Source: Minisyncoccota bacterium (lineage in GTDB: Bacteria; Patescibacteriota; Minisyncoccia; Phycocordibacterales; UBA9973). From it: a stretch of DNA of 64,000 nucleotides. Where the stretch lies: assembly GCA_036405895.1 (NCBI GenBank), contig DASWWS010000001.1, forward strand, positions 244,468 through 308,467, given 5' to 3'. Below the pieces are notes generated by a model that saw only the letters and a list, made by a program, of their open reading frames with translations, had not been told where the DNA came from and did not search any database. The position numbers were made by a program, and so were the translations under genes. This document shows positions 25,921 through 35,317 of this stretch, piece after piece. Positions within the stretch are counted from its first letter, which is position 1. Each line of letters begins with the position of its first letter.

Positions 25921-27634
25921 ATTCGTTTGTGCTGCGCTGTGAGTTGTATATTTGCACGTATTCAGGAGAGGTCGCCATCAATTGCGAATGGGTGCCTGTA
26001 GCCAGAAGCTCACCTTCCATCAAAAGGATAATTTTGTCGTAGTGCTCAATCGAGCCGATTTTTTGCGTCACAGAAATAAGGGTAAGGTCAGGATAGTTCT
26101 TCGCAACGTTGAGAAGTATGCGTGCTTCTGTTTGTGTGTCCACTCGAGCAGTAAAGTCGTCCAGAAGAAGCACGCTTGGGTTGATTGCAAGCGCGCGTGC
26201 AAGCATGATGCGCTGCTTCTGCCCGCCGGAGAGCGTGGTCCCGCGCTCTGAAACAATTGTGTCGAGCCCTTTTGCAAGGCTTTCGATAAAGTCCGCGAGT
26301 TCGGCAGTCTGTACTGCGCGCTCAAATGCAACATCTCCTTTTTCAGTACGCTCGGCATTAAATGCAATGTTTTCTTTTAATGTTGTATTAAAAAGAACGC
26401 TGTCTTGAAACACAAAGCCAATATGATTATGAAGCGTTGGCAGATCTATTTGTGAAATGTCTTTTCCGTCATAACGAATAGTTCCGCCCGTTTGGGTTGT
26501 GAGCGCGGTCAACAAATACAATAGCTGTGTCTTCCCTGCCGCCGTGGGCCCGATGATCGCCACCTTCTCCCCAGGGCGAATGTTGAAGGAAATGTTTTTC
26601 AACACCTCTTGCTCGCCATAGACCATTGAAACACCCGCGACCTCAAGCGCGCCGGTAAGGGGTGTTGTATCGGTTCCAGTGTGAGGAACAAGGGGCGTGT
26701 CCGTCACTTCAACAATGCGGGCAAAGGATGCGCTTGATTGCGCAATCATGGTGCCCACAAAACCAATCATGATGATAGGAAAAATAAGAATGCCGATATA
26801 GGTGTTGAATGCAGTAAATTCTCCGATTGTCATACTGTCGAGTATGACGTAGTGCCCGCCGAGCAATATCACCGCAAGTGTCGCCAGACTTGCAACAAGC
26901 GTAATGAGTGGAATTAATACGGAAAAGTGCGCAAGGATTTTAAGCCCCGTGTCGCGCGCATCGCTATTGGCGGAGAAAAACTTTTTCTCTTCAACGGTGC
27001 CTGCATTCAATACACGAATAAGCGCCGCACCTATGATGTTTTCATTGATAACCTTGTTAAGCTTGTCGATGACGGCTTGGCTTTTTGTGAAAAGGGGCTT
27101 TATTTTATTAAAGACTGCGGCAAACGCTATTCCAATGATCGGAATAATAGCTAATACAACAAGAGCAAGCTTCCAATTGATTGTAAAAAGCAAAATACTT
27201 GCCCCGAGAATAAGCACTACCGACGAGAGAAGTGTGGGGATGGCCTGAGAGATGAATACTTTTACGGCATCCGTGTCGCTTGTAATAGTGGTGAGAAGGC
27301 GGCTTGGAGTAAGCGCTTGAATAATAGAGAATGTTTGCTTCGAAAGCGTTGAAACAATATTCTCGCGCATGTCTTTTGCTACAAGCTCGCTGGCGCGCAC
27401 CTGCACTACTCCTTGGAAATAGGTAAAGACTGCTACAGCAATCGCTATAAGCGTAAACTGCACGAGTATTGGGGTCAATACCAGCGTCCCGGCTCCAAAC
27501 CGGTCGATGATTTTGGATATCAGCTGCGGAATGACAAGCGTAAGCGCATTACTAATAAGCGCGAAGAGTACCAACAGGAAGACGACTTTTTTATACTGCC
27601 CCAAGAGGCTAAAAATACTTTTTTGCGGATTCAT
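25904..27634 (-). CDS. ABC exporter, fused permease/ATPase subunit A (heterodimer partner)
   Basis: GPTAAGKTQ Walker A, LSGGQKQR; overlaps partner by 17 nt. Confidence 0.85.
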   Translation of the reverse strand: MNPQKSIFSLLGQYKKVVFLLVLFALISNALTLVIPQLISKIIDRFGAGTLVLTPILVQFTLIAIAVAVFTYFQGVVQVRASELVAKDMRENIVSTLSKQTFSIIQALTPSRLLTTITSDTDAVKVFISQAIPTLLSSVVLILGASILLFTINWKLALVVLAIIPIIGIAFAAVFNKIKPLFTKSQAVIDKLNKVINENIIGAALIRVLNAGTVEEKKFFSANSDARDTGLKILAHFSVLIPLITLVASLATLAVILLGGHYVILDSMTIGEFTAFNTYIGILIFPIIMIGFVGTMIAQSSASFARIVEVTDTPLVPHTGTDTTPLTGALEVAGVSMVYGEQEVLKNISFNIRPGEKVAIIGPTAAGKTQLLYLLTALTTQTGGTIRYDGKDISQIDLPTLHNHIGFVFQDSVLFNTTLKENIAFNAERTEKGDVAFERAVQTAELADFIESLAKGLDTIVSERGTTLSGGQKQRIMLARALAINPSVLLLDDFTARVDTQTEARILLNVAKNYPDLTLISVTQKIGSIEHYDKIILLMEGELLATGTHSQLMATSPEYVQIYNSQRSTNEYELHT

Positions 27635-27639
27635 AATTA

Positions 27640-28773
27640 CTATCGAACGTGTTCTAGTGCGATTTCAATCGCTTCTGCTGCAATCATTCGAGCAGCGTCT
27701 GGCTTGTGGAGGCTCTTTGCATGCTTTGCCATGACTTCATAGCGGTCTTTATGCTCGAGTATAAGGCGTATTTCGTTGACAAGAACGCTTCCGGTGAGGT
27801 TTGCCTGCTCAATCACTACGCATGCTCCGGTGCGCGCCATATGGTATGCATTTTTGCGCTGGTGGTCGCCGTGCGAATTGCTTGCAGGAATAGGGATGAT
27901 AATAGAAGGTTTGCCCCATGCTGCAATCTCAAAGAGGCTTGAGCCTGCGCGGGAAATAATAATGTCGGACGCTCCACCGAACATTTTGCTCTGTAAGTCG
28001 TTGAGGTATGGAAATACTTTGTAGCGCGTGCGCTTGACGCTGTCGCCCATGATGACGCTTGCATCGGTTTTCGTTTCTTCAAATGTCTTTGTTCCTGTCT
28101 GGTGAATGACCTGATAGTGCTCCAAGAGCTGTGGCAATACTGCAGTAATAGTGTCATTGATTACTTTTGCTCCGCTTGAGCCTCCGATAATGCCGATAGT
28201 CGGTACAGTAGAGTCCAGATCAAAGAACTCTTTCGAGCCTTCGGTTGCCGCGTACGAAACCGTCTTTCGAATCGGCTGCCCGGTGACGGAGACCTTTGCT
28301 TCATTAAAGTAGCTTGCCGCTTCTGGGTATGACAGAGCAATCTTGTGCGCGAATTTCCCTGACCACTTGTTTACGCGCCCTGGCACTGTATCGCTTTCGT
28401 GGATGATAACGGGGATGCGCAAAAGCTTTGCTGCAACCAAAACAGGAAATGCAGCATATCCGCCTTTGGAAATGACAACATCGGGATACAGGTTGAATAC
28501 TTTCATCAGTGCGTCAATAACGCCAAATCCTGTTTTAAAGATATCGATAAAGTTCTGGAATGAAAAATACACGCGCAATTTGCCCGCAGTGATAGGAATG
28601 TACTTGATGAACTGCTGTTCGAGCTCCCGCGCATTATACGGCGTGTCGGCCATATAGTAGAGCTTCATGTTAACGAGGCGTTCCTGGTCTGAAAGACGGT
28701 TGAGTTCTTCGGCAATGGCGATGAGTGGGTAAAAGTGCCCTCCAGTTCCCCCTCCTACTAATAGAATTTTCAT
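27640..28773 (-). CDS. murG: Undecaprenyldiphospho-muramoylpentapeptide beta-N-acetylglucosaminyltransferase
   Basis: MKILLVGGGTGGHFYPLIAIAEEL and C-terminal GGASD..ISRAG motifs. Confidence 0.85.
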   Translation of the reverse strand: MKILLVGGGTGGHFYPLIAIAEELNRLSDQERLVNMKLYYMADTPYNARELEQQFIKYIPITAGKLRVYFSFQNFIDIFKTGFGVIDALMKVFNLYPDVVISKGGYAAFPVLVAAKLLRIPVIIHESDTVPGRVNKWSGKFAHKIALSYPEAASYFNEAKVSVTGQPIRKTVSYAATEGSKEFFDLDSTVPTIGIIGGSSGAKVINDTITAVLPQLLEHYQVIHQTGTKTFEETKTDASVIMGDSVKRTRYKVFPYLNDLQSKMFGGASDIIISRAGSSLFEIAAWGKPSIIIPIPASNSHGDHQRKNAYHMARTGACVVIEQANLTGSVLVNEIRLILEHKDRYEVMAKHAKSLHKPDAARMIAAEAIEIALEHVR

Positions 28774-28784
28774 AATGCCCTATT

Positions 28785-29918
28785 TTACACCTTTTTGGGA
28801 TATCTTGAAACGTTGAGAATAATGCCGGCAGCCGCCAATGCAATAAACAAGGATGTTCCTCCATGGGAGACAAAAACAAGCGGTACGCCGGTCAATGGGA
28901 AGAGTCCCACAAGGGAGAGGATGTTCAAGAATGACTGGGCAGTAAGCAGTGTCACAAGCCCTACGACAATATATTGCCCAAAACTGTCTGATGCATTCTG
29001 TGCAATCTTAAATCCCCTGATTGCGAGGAAAACATAGAGAATCACGAGAATAGTGCTTCCCAAGAATCCGAATTCTTCGCCAATGACAGCAAAGATCGAG
29101 TCGCCTTGCGGCTCCGGCAAATAATTGAACTTCTGCACGCTCTGCCCTAGCCCACGACCAAATGCTCCCCCGCTTCCAATAGCGATAAGTCCTTGCTGGA
29201 GCTGATACGATGAACCCCGCGGGTCGGTGCTCGGGTTGAGGTATGTTTTGATGCGGTCCATCACATACGGGCGGACAAATGCCAAGACCGTAATGCAGAG
29301 GACTCCGGCGAGGATAATCCCCACCACTTTTTTCCACGACACCCCGGAAACAAAGAGCATTCCGCACGCAGCGGCAGTGATAAGAATAAGGCTTTTGGTG
29401 TCCGGCTGGCGCAAAAGGGTGACCGCAACAATGCCAAGCATAATCATCAAGGGTGCAACCTTGTATTTAAATTCTTCCTGCTTCTTGCGAGTCCACGCAA
29501 GCCATGCGGCAAAGTAAATAACAAAGCCGATTTTCAAAAGCTCGGCCGGCTGAAATGATACGGGGCCAAGCGAAATCCAGCGGCGTGCTCCGCCGTGCGA
29601 AAAGCCAAGGCCTGGGACAAATACTGCCACTGTTAATAATAAGGTGCCGATAAATATAAAAAAAGCATTTCTGCGCCAAAAGTGGTACGGAATGTGCGCT
29701 GTCAGCCACAGTGCACCAAGCCCTCCTATGAAGCCAAGTACGATTTGATTGAACAATACGCCGTAGAACTTGTCTTGATTGCGCGCCAATACGCCTAAGC
29801 TTGCGGAAACAAATGCAAAAAGGCCGATGACCGTAATCAACAGGACGATAAAAAAGAAATAGCGGTCGAAGGCCCCAGGTTTAACGATCTTTGCCATACT
29901 ATTTGCTGATAAGCGCAA
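28785..29918 (-). CDS. ftsW: SEDS family peptidoglycan glycosyltransferase FtsW/RodA
   Basis: 10-TM SEDS pattern, ...NYLPEPQGDSIFAVIGEEFGF; located between mraY and murG. Confidence 0.75.
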   Translation of the reverse strand: MRLSANSMAKIVKPGAFDRYFFFIVLLITVIGLFAFVSASLGVLARNQDKFYGVLFNQIVLGFIGGLGALWLTAHIPYHFWRRNAFFIFIGTLLLTVAVFVPGLGFSHGGARRWISLGPVSFQPAELLKIGFVIYFAAWLAWTRKKQEEFKYKVAPLMIMLGIVAVTLLRQPDTKSLILITAAACGMLFVSGVSWKKVVGIILAGVLCITVLAFVRPYVMDRIKTYLNPSTDPRGSSYQLQQGLIAIGSGGAFGRGLGQSVQKFNYLPEPQGDSIFAVIGEEFGFLGSTILVILYVFLAIRGFKIAQNASDSFGQYIVVGLVTLLTAQSFLNILSLVGLFPLTGVPLVFVSHGGTSLFIALAAAGIILNVSRYPKKV

Positions 29919-30984
29919 TAACTACGCCGACAAGCGCGCAAATAATAGAGACGACCCAATAGCGCATGACCACCTTCTCTCGAGACCAGCCGAGAGCCCG
30001 GAAGTGGTGGTGCAACGGTGCAATTTTAAATACCCGGCGTTTGCCGAAATATTTATAGCTCACAATTTGAATCAATGATGATGCGCTCGATACTGCAAGC
30101 GGAAAGGCAATAAGAGGGAGCAAAAGCACTGTGTCGGTCAAAAATGCGATAACGGTCAATACAACAAGTAACCCCATCATCCCCGTTTCCCCCATGTAGA
30201 AGCGCGCAGGCGGAACATTGAACCACAGAAATGCGAGAATGCCTCCGGAAATTACTCCGCACAATGCAGCAATATCAATCTGGTTTTGCCCGTAGGCAAT
30301 GATTGCATAGGACGCGAAAATAATCGCAAGAACTCCGCCTGCAAGGCCATCGAGCCCGTCAATCACGCCTCCGGAGAATACTGCGATCATAATGAATATG
30401 AAAAACGGAATAAAGAACATGCCGAGATACAAAGGTACCGCACTAAAGGGCACCGCAATACTCGTGACGCCGAGCTTTGTATAAAACCACGCGCCAATGG
30501 CTGCACCGGCCAGAACAATCAGCCCGATTTTAAAATAGCGAAACCAAATATCCTTGTCACTCTTCCCCACTGCATCGTTTGCGCCATTGATTTGCAGAAT
30601 GTCATCAATGAGTCCAAGCAAGCTTCCCAAGAGCAAGCTTGCAAGCGGTACCCATGTCTGGCTTTTGCTGAAAAAGTCGAGCTTTGCCGAAAGGTCAGAG
30701 GGCCAAATGCGCGAAATCGCCCACATAAGCCCCACGCATACGAGCACTGAAAGCCAAATGATAATTCCTCCCACGCGTGGCGTAGAAAGCTCTTCAGAGC
30801 TGTTATGTACTTTGGCAAACTCAGTGTTCGTAATAGAAGCATGCTCGGCGCGCGCGCTTTTCTTCCAGAGCTTGCGCGCGTACATAATAGCGGTGAGGCG
30901 CGGGGTAAGCGCGATGCCGATAATGAAGGCAAGTGCTGTGGGGAGGAAAATTTTGATGACGTTGATATCCATAATTATTCTCAA
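29899..30984 (-). CDS. mraY: Phospho-N-acetylmuramoyl-pentapeptide transferase
   Basis: Multi-TM; GLIDDILQI, FYMGETG motifs typical of MraY. Confidence 0.8.
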   Translation of the reverse strand: MRIIMDINVIKIFLPTALAFIIGIALTPRLTAIMYARKLWKKSARAEHASITNTEFAKVHNSSEELSTPRVGGIIIWLSVLVCVGLMWAISRIWPSDLSAKLDFFSKSQTWVPLASLLLGSLLGLIDDILQINGANDAVGKSDKDIWFRYFKIGLIVLAGAAIGAWFYTKLGVTSIAVPFSAVPLYLGMFFIPFFIFIMIAVFSGGVIDGLDGLAGGVLAIIFASYAIIAYGQNQIDIAALCGVISGGILAFLWFNVPPARFYMGETGMMGLLVVLTVIAFLTDTVLLLPLIAFPLAVSSASSLIQIVSYKYFGKRRVFKIAPLHHHFRALGWSREKVVMRYWVVSIICALVGVVIALISK

Positions 30985-30987
30985 AAA

Positions 30988-31518
30988 TTATTCTACAGCG
31001 TTGGTTGCGAGCAATGTTTCTATCTTTGCTTTCACTTCATCAAATTGCGGAAGTTCTGCCGTATTTTGGGCGCCGAAGTGTTCAAGAAGGGCAAGTGTAG
31101 GATAGTATGCAACTCCGCGCCCCATACTCTTTGTTTCTATCAGTCCTCGCATTGAAAGTGCGCGAATAGAATACGACGCATTTACTCCACGAATCAGTTC
31201 AATCTCTGCTTTTGTCGCACCCGGGCGGTAGACAACAATAGCCAATGTTTCTGCGCTTGCCTTAGACAGCTCTTTTGAAAGCTCTTCTTTGCGAATTGAT
31301 TCGAGGAGTGCGCCATGCTCCGGGCGAGTCGCCAAGATAACGTGGTTTCCCTCTCGCACGAGCATGATTCCCTGCCCTTCTAATCCAACAGACAGATTCT
31401 GCAGTGCTGCTTCAACCTCCTCAATACTTACCGAAAGAAGCGCTGAAAGACTTGCAACTGTATAGCTGTCAGCTGTTGCAAAAAGGAGTGCATGGAGTGT
31501 TTGAGCTGTTGGTGTCAT
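30988..31518 (-). CDS. scpB: Segregation and condensation protein B
   Basis: LHALLFATADSYTVASLSALLSVSIEEVEAAL... two wHTH. Confidence 0.8.
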   Translation of the reverse strand: MTPTAQTLHALLFATADSYTVASLSALLSVSIEEVEAALQNLSVGLEGQGIMLVREGNHVILATRPEHGALLESIRKEELSKELSKASAETLAIVVYRPGATKAEIELIRGVNASYSIRALSMRGLIETKSMGRGVAYYPTLALLEHFGAQNTAELPQFDEVKAKIETLLATNAVE

Positions 31519-32303
31519 TATAGTGTTTCGTCTAGAGATTCATCGGTAAGAGTTTTTTCCTCCGCTTTCGCGAGGGTGATGTCGTGAAAAAGTTCGTTTT
31601 GTTCAGCGGCCAAAAGTCCTCGTCGTACGAGCTCAAGCATACCAAGAAATGATACAATCGTATACACTTTTTGACTTTTATCGTCTTCGTCGGGCGAATG
31701 TACTCGCACACTGTTGAAGGAAACGGTGCCATTGATGTTCTCAAGGGCACGCTCAATGCGTTCAGTAAGCGTATTGAGGACTTCGCTGATAGAGATTGTT
31801 TTAAATACGCGAGCCTCAGGCTTCTTTGGCGCTTCAACTGGTGCACGCTTCACGGCTCCCAGAATTAGTTCTGCCAAGTCGCCGAGTGCAAGCTTTGTGT
31901 CTGGTGCAAATACAGGAGTATTGCCCGTGCGGCGCACGCCTTCAAATGACACTTTCTTTCCGTACGCACGCGTCAATTCTCCTGAAACTTGGGAGATAAT
32001 CTGGTAGAGCGCTACGCGGCGTTCAAGGTCGCTGATGGACTCTGTTTCCTCTGTAGTGAGTTCGAGATTTGGCAAGAGCGACCGCGCTTTGATAAGAATA
32101 AGCGTTGCGGCAACAGCGAGGAAGTTTGCCGTTTCGTCCGGATGCATGCCGCGATTTTGCATGTAGCTGATGAACTCTTCGGTGACAGAGCCAAGGGACA
32201 CATCGTTTACAAAAAGCTTTCGTTTTTCAATCAGATCCAAAAGCACTTCGATAGGTCCTTCAAAGTGTTCATGCTTAACGGTAAATGTTGTTTCTGTTTC
32301 CAT
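31518..32303 (-). CDS. scpA: Segregation and condensation protein A (kleisin)
   Basis: FEGPIEVLLDLIEKRKLFVNDVSLGSVTEEF N-terminus. Confidence 0.8.
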   Translation of the reverse strand: METETTFTVKHEHFEGPIEVLLDLIEKRKLFVNDVSLGSVTEEFISYMQNRGMHPDETANFLAVAATLILIKARSLLPNLELTTEETESISDLERRVALYQIISQVSGELTRAYGKKVSFEGVRRTGNTPVFAPDTKLALGDLAELILGAVKRAPVEAPKKPEARVFKTISISEVLNTLTERIERALENINGTVSFNSVRVHSPDEDDKSQKVYTIVSFLGMLELVRRGLLAAEQNELFHDITLAKAEEKTLTDESLDETL

Positions 32304-32304
32304 A

Positions 32305-33414
32305 TTATTTTTCTTGTATCGCGGACTTTATTTTTTCCGCCATGATTTGGCTATAGCTTTTGCTTACTCCATTTACATATTCGTCTTTACCAACGCTCGT
32401 GTCTTCAATATTCTCTCCAAAAATTTTTGCCGCCACTTCAAGCGCAAGCGCTGCATCCTTTTCTGAATACCCGTGCATCACGATTTGGTCGTTGAGCTTG
32501 CTTCCTTGCTCGGTAAGGTCTTGAAATATTTTTACCCCTCCATTATACCCTTCTGCCTGCAATGCCACCATAAACGCTTTTAACTGCTCCGGGCGAAATG
32601 CATTTAAGTCTTTTAAAGAAAGATAAGACTTGTAGGTTTCAGGGGTTTTGTCATCGGTGCCTTCATTGATTGAGAAAAAGAGCCAGCTGTTTGAATCCTT
32701 TGTTCCAGAGAGGACTCTTACCCGCTCAGAAATATAGCGCTCTTGCTGGGGCTTCTCGGCGAGCTGCATCATCTCGTGGGAGAAACGGGCAAATGCACGC
32801 TCAGTTTCTTCTGAGATGCTGCCTCTTCGCTCTCTCATGCCCGCAAGGACTTCATCCACTGACTGCGCTGTGCGTTGCCACGGCTGTACACGCAGCTGAG
32901 TGTCATCAATTGCCAGATACTGCTCAATTGCAAAGTCTGCGTACTCTTCGCGGGAAAGCGTTGAGAGGTCAATGCCCTTTTGCACCGCAATGCGAGCAAG
33001 CTCATAGCTCGCAACCCAACCCCCAAGCGTTTTTCTTCGCAGAATTTCTTCCGGCGTAAGCGGTGCTTCAATAGTTTCTCTGACGGATTCCGCTCTCATT
33101 TCTTGTACAGGTTCACTCTCTATTGTTTCTACTTGAGGAATTTCTATACCCAATTCTTTTTTCAGTGCATCAATTTTTTCTTGATCTTCTCGTTTCCGCT
33201 GTTCTATTTCCGGAGAGTCTGGTGCGGCGATTGTTTCTTGCGGCAGTGTTTCTTCTACAAAAGGAGTTGGTTGTTCAAACTGCGCGAGACGTTCTTCTAC
33301 AGGAGTGCGGAATGCAGGCCCGAGACCCTGTAATACAAATTCTTTATCTTCTCCATTTTGAATACGTTCCACGTATTCATTGATTTTTTGTTCTGCTCCC
33401 GGGAGATGCTCCAT
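32305..33414 (-). CDS. Hypothetical acidic protein co-transcribed upstream of scpA
   Basis: 369-aa ORF abutting scpA; no motif recognised. Confidence 0.4.
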   Translation of the reverse strand: MEHLPGAEQKINEYVERIQNGEDKEFVLQGLGPAFRTPVEERLAQFEQPTPFVEETLPQETIAAPDSPEIEQRKREDQEKIDALKKELGIEIPQVETIESEPVQEMRAESVRETIEAPLTPEEILRRKTLGGWVASYELARIAVQKGIDLSTLSREEYADFAIEQYLAIDDTQLRVQPWQRTAQSVDEVLAGMRERRGSISEETERAFARFSHEMMQLAEKPQQERYISERVRVLSGTKDSNSWLFFSINEGTDDKTPETYKSYLSLKDLNAFRPEQLKAFMVALQAEGYNGGVKIFQDLTEQGSKLNDQIVMHGYSEKDAALALEVAAKIFGENIEDTSVGKDEYVNGVSKSYSQIMAEKIKSAIQEK

Positions 33415-33481
33415 ATACAGCTCCCAGTATATCGTTTTAAACCCTTAAAACCAAAAGAACCCGGCGAAGGTTCTTTATTGA

Positions 33482-34903
33482 TTATGCTTTTGGTTTCTTA
33501 AGGACAATGTTCAGTTCGTCGAGCTGTTTGTCGGAAACAGCGGCTGGAGACTCCATCATCGGATCACGGCCTTCGCCAGTCTTTGGAAATGGAATCACTT
33601 CGCGGATGTTCGGCTCGTTTTGCATCAGCATCATAAAGCGGTCGAGCCCCCATGCAATACCACCGTGCGGAGGAGTACCGAGCTTGAATGCAGCCAGCAT
33701 GTGCCCGAACTGTTCATTAATAGTCTCTTCATCGTGGCCCAATACTTCGAACACTTTTGCAAGCGCTTCATAGTTGTGGTTTCTGATAGATCCGCCGCCT
33801 ATTTCAAAGCCGTTGAGAATAATATCGTACTGGGTGGTGAGAATGTCGCCAATATCCTTTTTCTCCATAAGGTTAGACATGTGGGACTCTATCGGGCGAG
33901 AAAACGGATTGTGGCTGTAGGTCCATGTACCTTTTGCGTTAGGATCATCGCTTGTTTCGGTTGACTCGAAAAATGGAAAATCAATTACCCATGCAAATGC
34001 CAAAAGGTTAGGGTCTTCTTTGTCTTCACGGATGTCCGGGCGGTCATTGCCGTACTTGGACATTGCTTCCTTGTATGTAATGCGAGGAAATGGAATTTGC
34101 TGAATACGCTTCTCGGGATACAGCTCCGTTACCATTTTTATAAGCAATGCTTCATTAACCGCCATGACGTCATCGCGCTCCACGAAGCTCATCTCCATAT
34201 CAAGCTGTGTAAACTCCGGCTGGCGGTCTCCGCGCGAGTCTTCGTCGCGCATGCATCGCGCAATTTGGAAGTAGCGCTCAACACCTGCGGTCATCAAGAG
34301 CTGCTTGTACTGCTGAGGAGACTGCGGGAGTGCGTAGAATGTTCCCGGGTACAGGCGCGCTGGCACGATGTAGTCGCGTGAGCCTTCAGGAGTACTCTTG
34401 GTGAGCATTGGTGTTTCCACTTCAATAAATTTCTCTTCGTGGAGGAAGTTTCGGATATAGCTGATGACTTTATCGCGCGCGCGAATGTTTGTTTGCATGC
34501 GAGCAGAACGCAAGTCGAGATATCGGTGGCGCAAGCGAACTTCTTCATTTACTTCTTTGGTATCCACGTTTATTTCAAACGGCAATGGTTCCGCATGGTT
34601 CAAAATAGTAATAGCAGTGATCTCAAGTTCGATGTCGCCGTTTACTTTGCCTTCAACAACGTTTCGGTCTGGGCGCTTGTTTACGATTCCTTCTACCATC
34701 ACCACGCTTTCAGGGCGGGTGGTTTTTGCAACTTCGATTACTTCGGGGCGGTTTGGCAGCACGACACCTTGGATCATGCCGGTCATGTCGCGGAAATCAA
34801 AAAAGACCATTTTTCCCTGGTCTCGACGCACGTCCACCCATCCTTTAATTAAAATAGTCTCTCCCGCCTTGCCGCTCGCCTCTCCAATGTATGTTCGTTC
34901 CAT
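33482..34903 (-). CDS. aspS: Aspartyl-tRNA synthetase, short archaeal/eukaryal-type (likely non-discriminating)
   Basis: Class II motifs; GGGSIRNHNYEALAKVFEVLG..PPHGGIAWGLDRFMMLM; 473 aa lacks bacterial insertion domain. Confidence 0.85.
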   Translation of the reverse strand: MERTYIGEASGKAGETILIKGWVDVRRDQGKMVFFDFRDMTGMIQGVVLPNRPEVIEVAKTTRPESVVMVEGIVNKRPDRNVVEGKVNGDIELEITAITILNHAEPLPFEINVDTKEVNEEVRLRHRYLDLRSARMQTNIRARDKVISYIRNFLHEEKFIEVETPMLTKSTPEGSRDYIVPARLYPGTFYALPQSPQQYKQLLMTAGVERYFQIARCMRDEDSRGDRQPEFTQLDMEMSFVERDDVMAVNEALLIKMVTELYPEKRIQQIPFPRITYKEAMSKYGNDRPDIREDKEDPNLLAFAWVIDFPFFESTETSDDPNAKGTWTYSHNPFSRPIESHMSNLMEKKDIGDILTTQYDIILNGFEIGGGSIRNHNYEALAKVFEVLGHDEETINEQFGHMLAAFKLGTPPHGGIAWGLDRFMMLMQNEPNIREVIPFPKTGEGRDPMMESPAAVSDKQLDELNIVLKKPKA

Positions 34904-34965
34904 AATTCCCCCATTCTACTAGAAAAACGTCAATAAAAAAAGCCCCGTGGAGAGGGGCTTGTGTA

Positions 34966-35250
34966 TCATTCGCCGGTTGTAATAAATCGCGCTTCTTCCT
35001 CGCCAAAGCGAGTCGCAAGCAATTCTTGTACGCGGGAAACCTTTTCCCAGTCATAGGCATGGCGCTCTTGGGGAAATTGCTCTGTAGTAAAATAAATAGT
35101 CTCACCATTTCCGTTCTCTCCCGAAAACAGTTCTTTGACGGTAGCTTTTCCGCCGCTGCGCGGTTCCTCCCTCGATAGTACGGGAGGAACATAGATCGAG
35201 TCGCCTACCCGGAGGCGCTTCAATTCGAGTCCGTGGTTGCTCATAATCAA
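34966..35250 (-). CDS. Hypothetical protein
   Basis: 94-aa ORF; alternative overlapping frame 34845..35192 exists. Confidence 0.25.
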   Translation of the reverse strand: MIMSNHGLELKRLRVGDSIYVPPVLSREEPRSGGKATVKELFSGENGNGETIYFTTEQFPQERHAYDWEKVSRVQELLATRFGEEEARFITTGE

Positions 35251-35291
35251 GGGGTTTTATTTTAAGAATAGAGCATTTTGGGAAAATAAAA

Positions 35292-35312
35292 AAGCCCGGA
35301 ATTGTTCCGGGC
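35292..35312 (-). terminator. Intrinsic terminator
   Basis: AGCCCGGAA-ttg-TTCCGGGCT with A-run (T-run on minus strand). Confidence 0.6.
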
Positions 35313-35317
35313 TTGCT

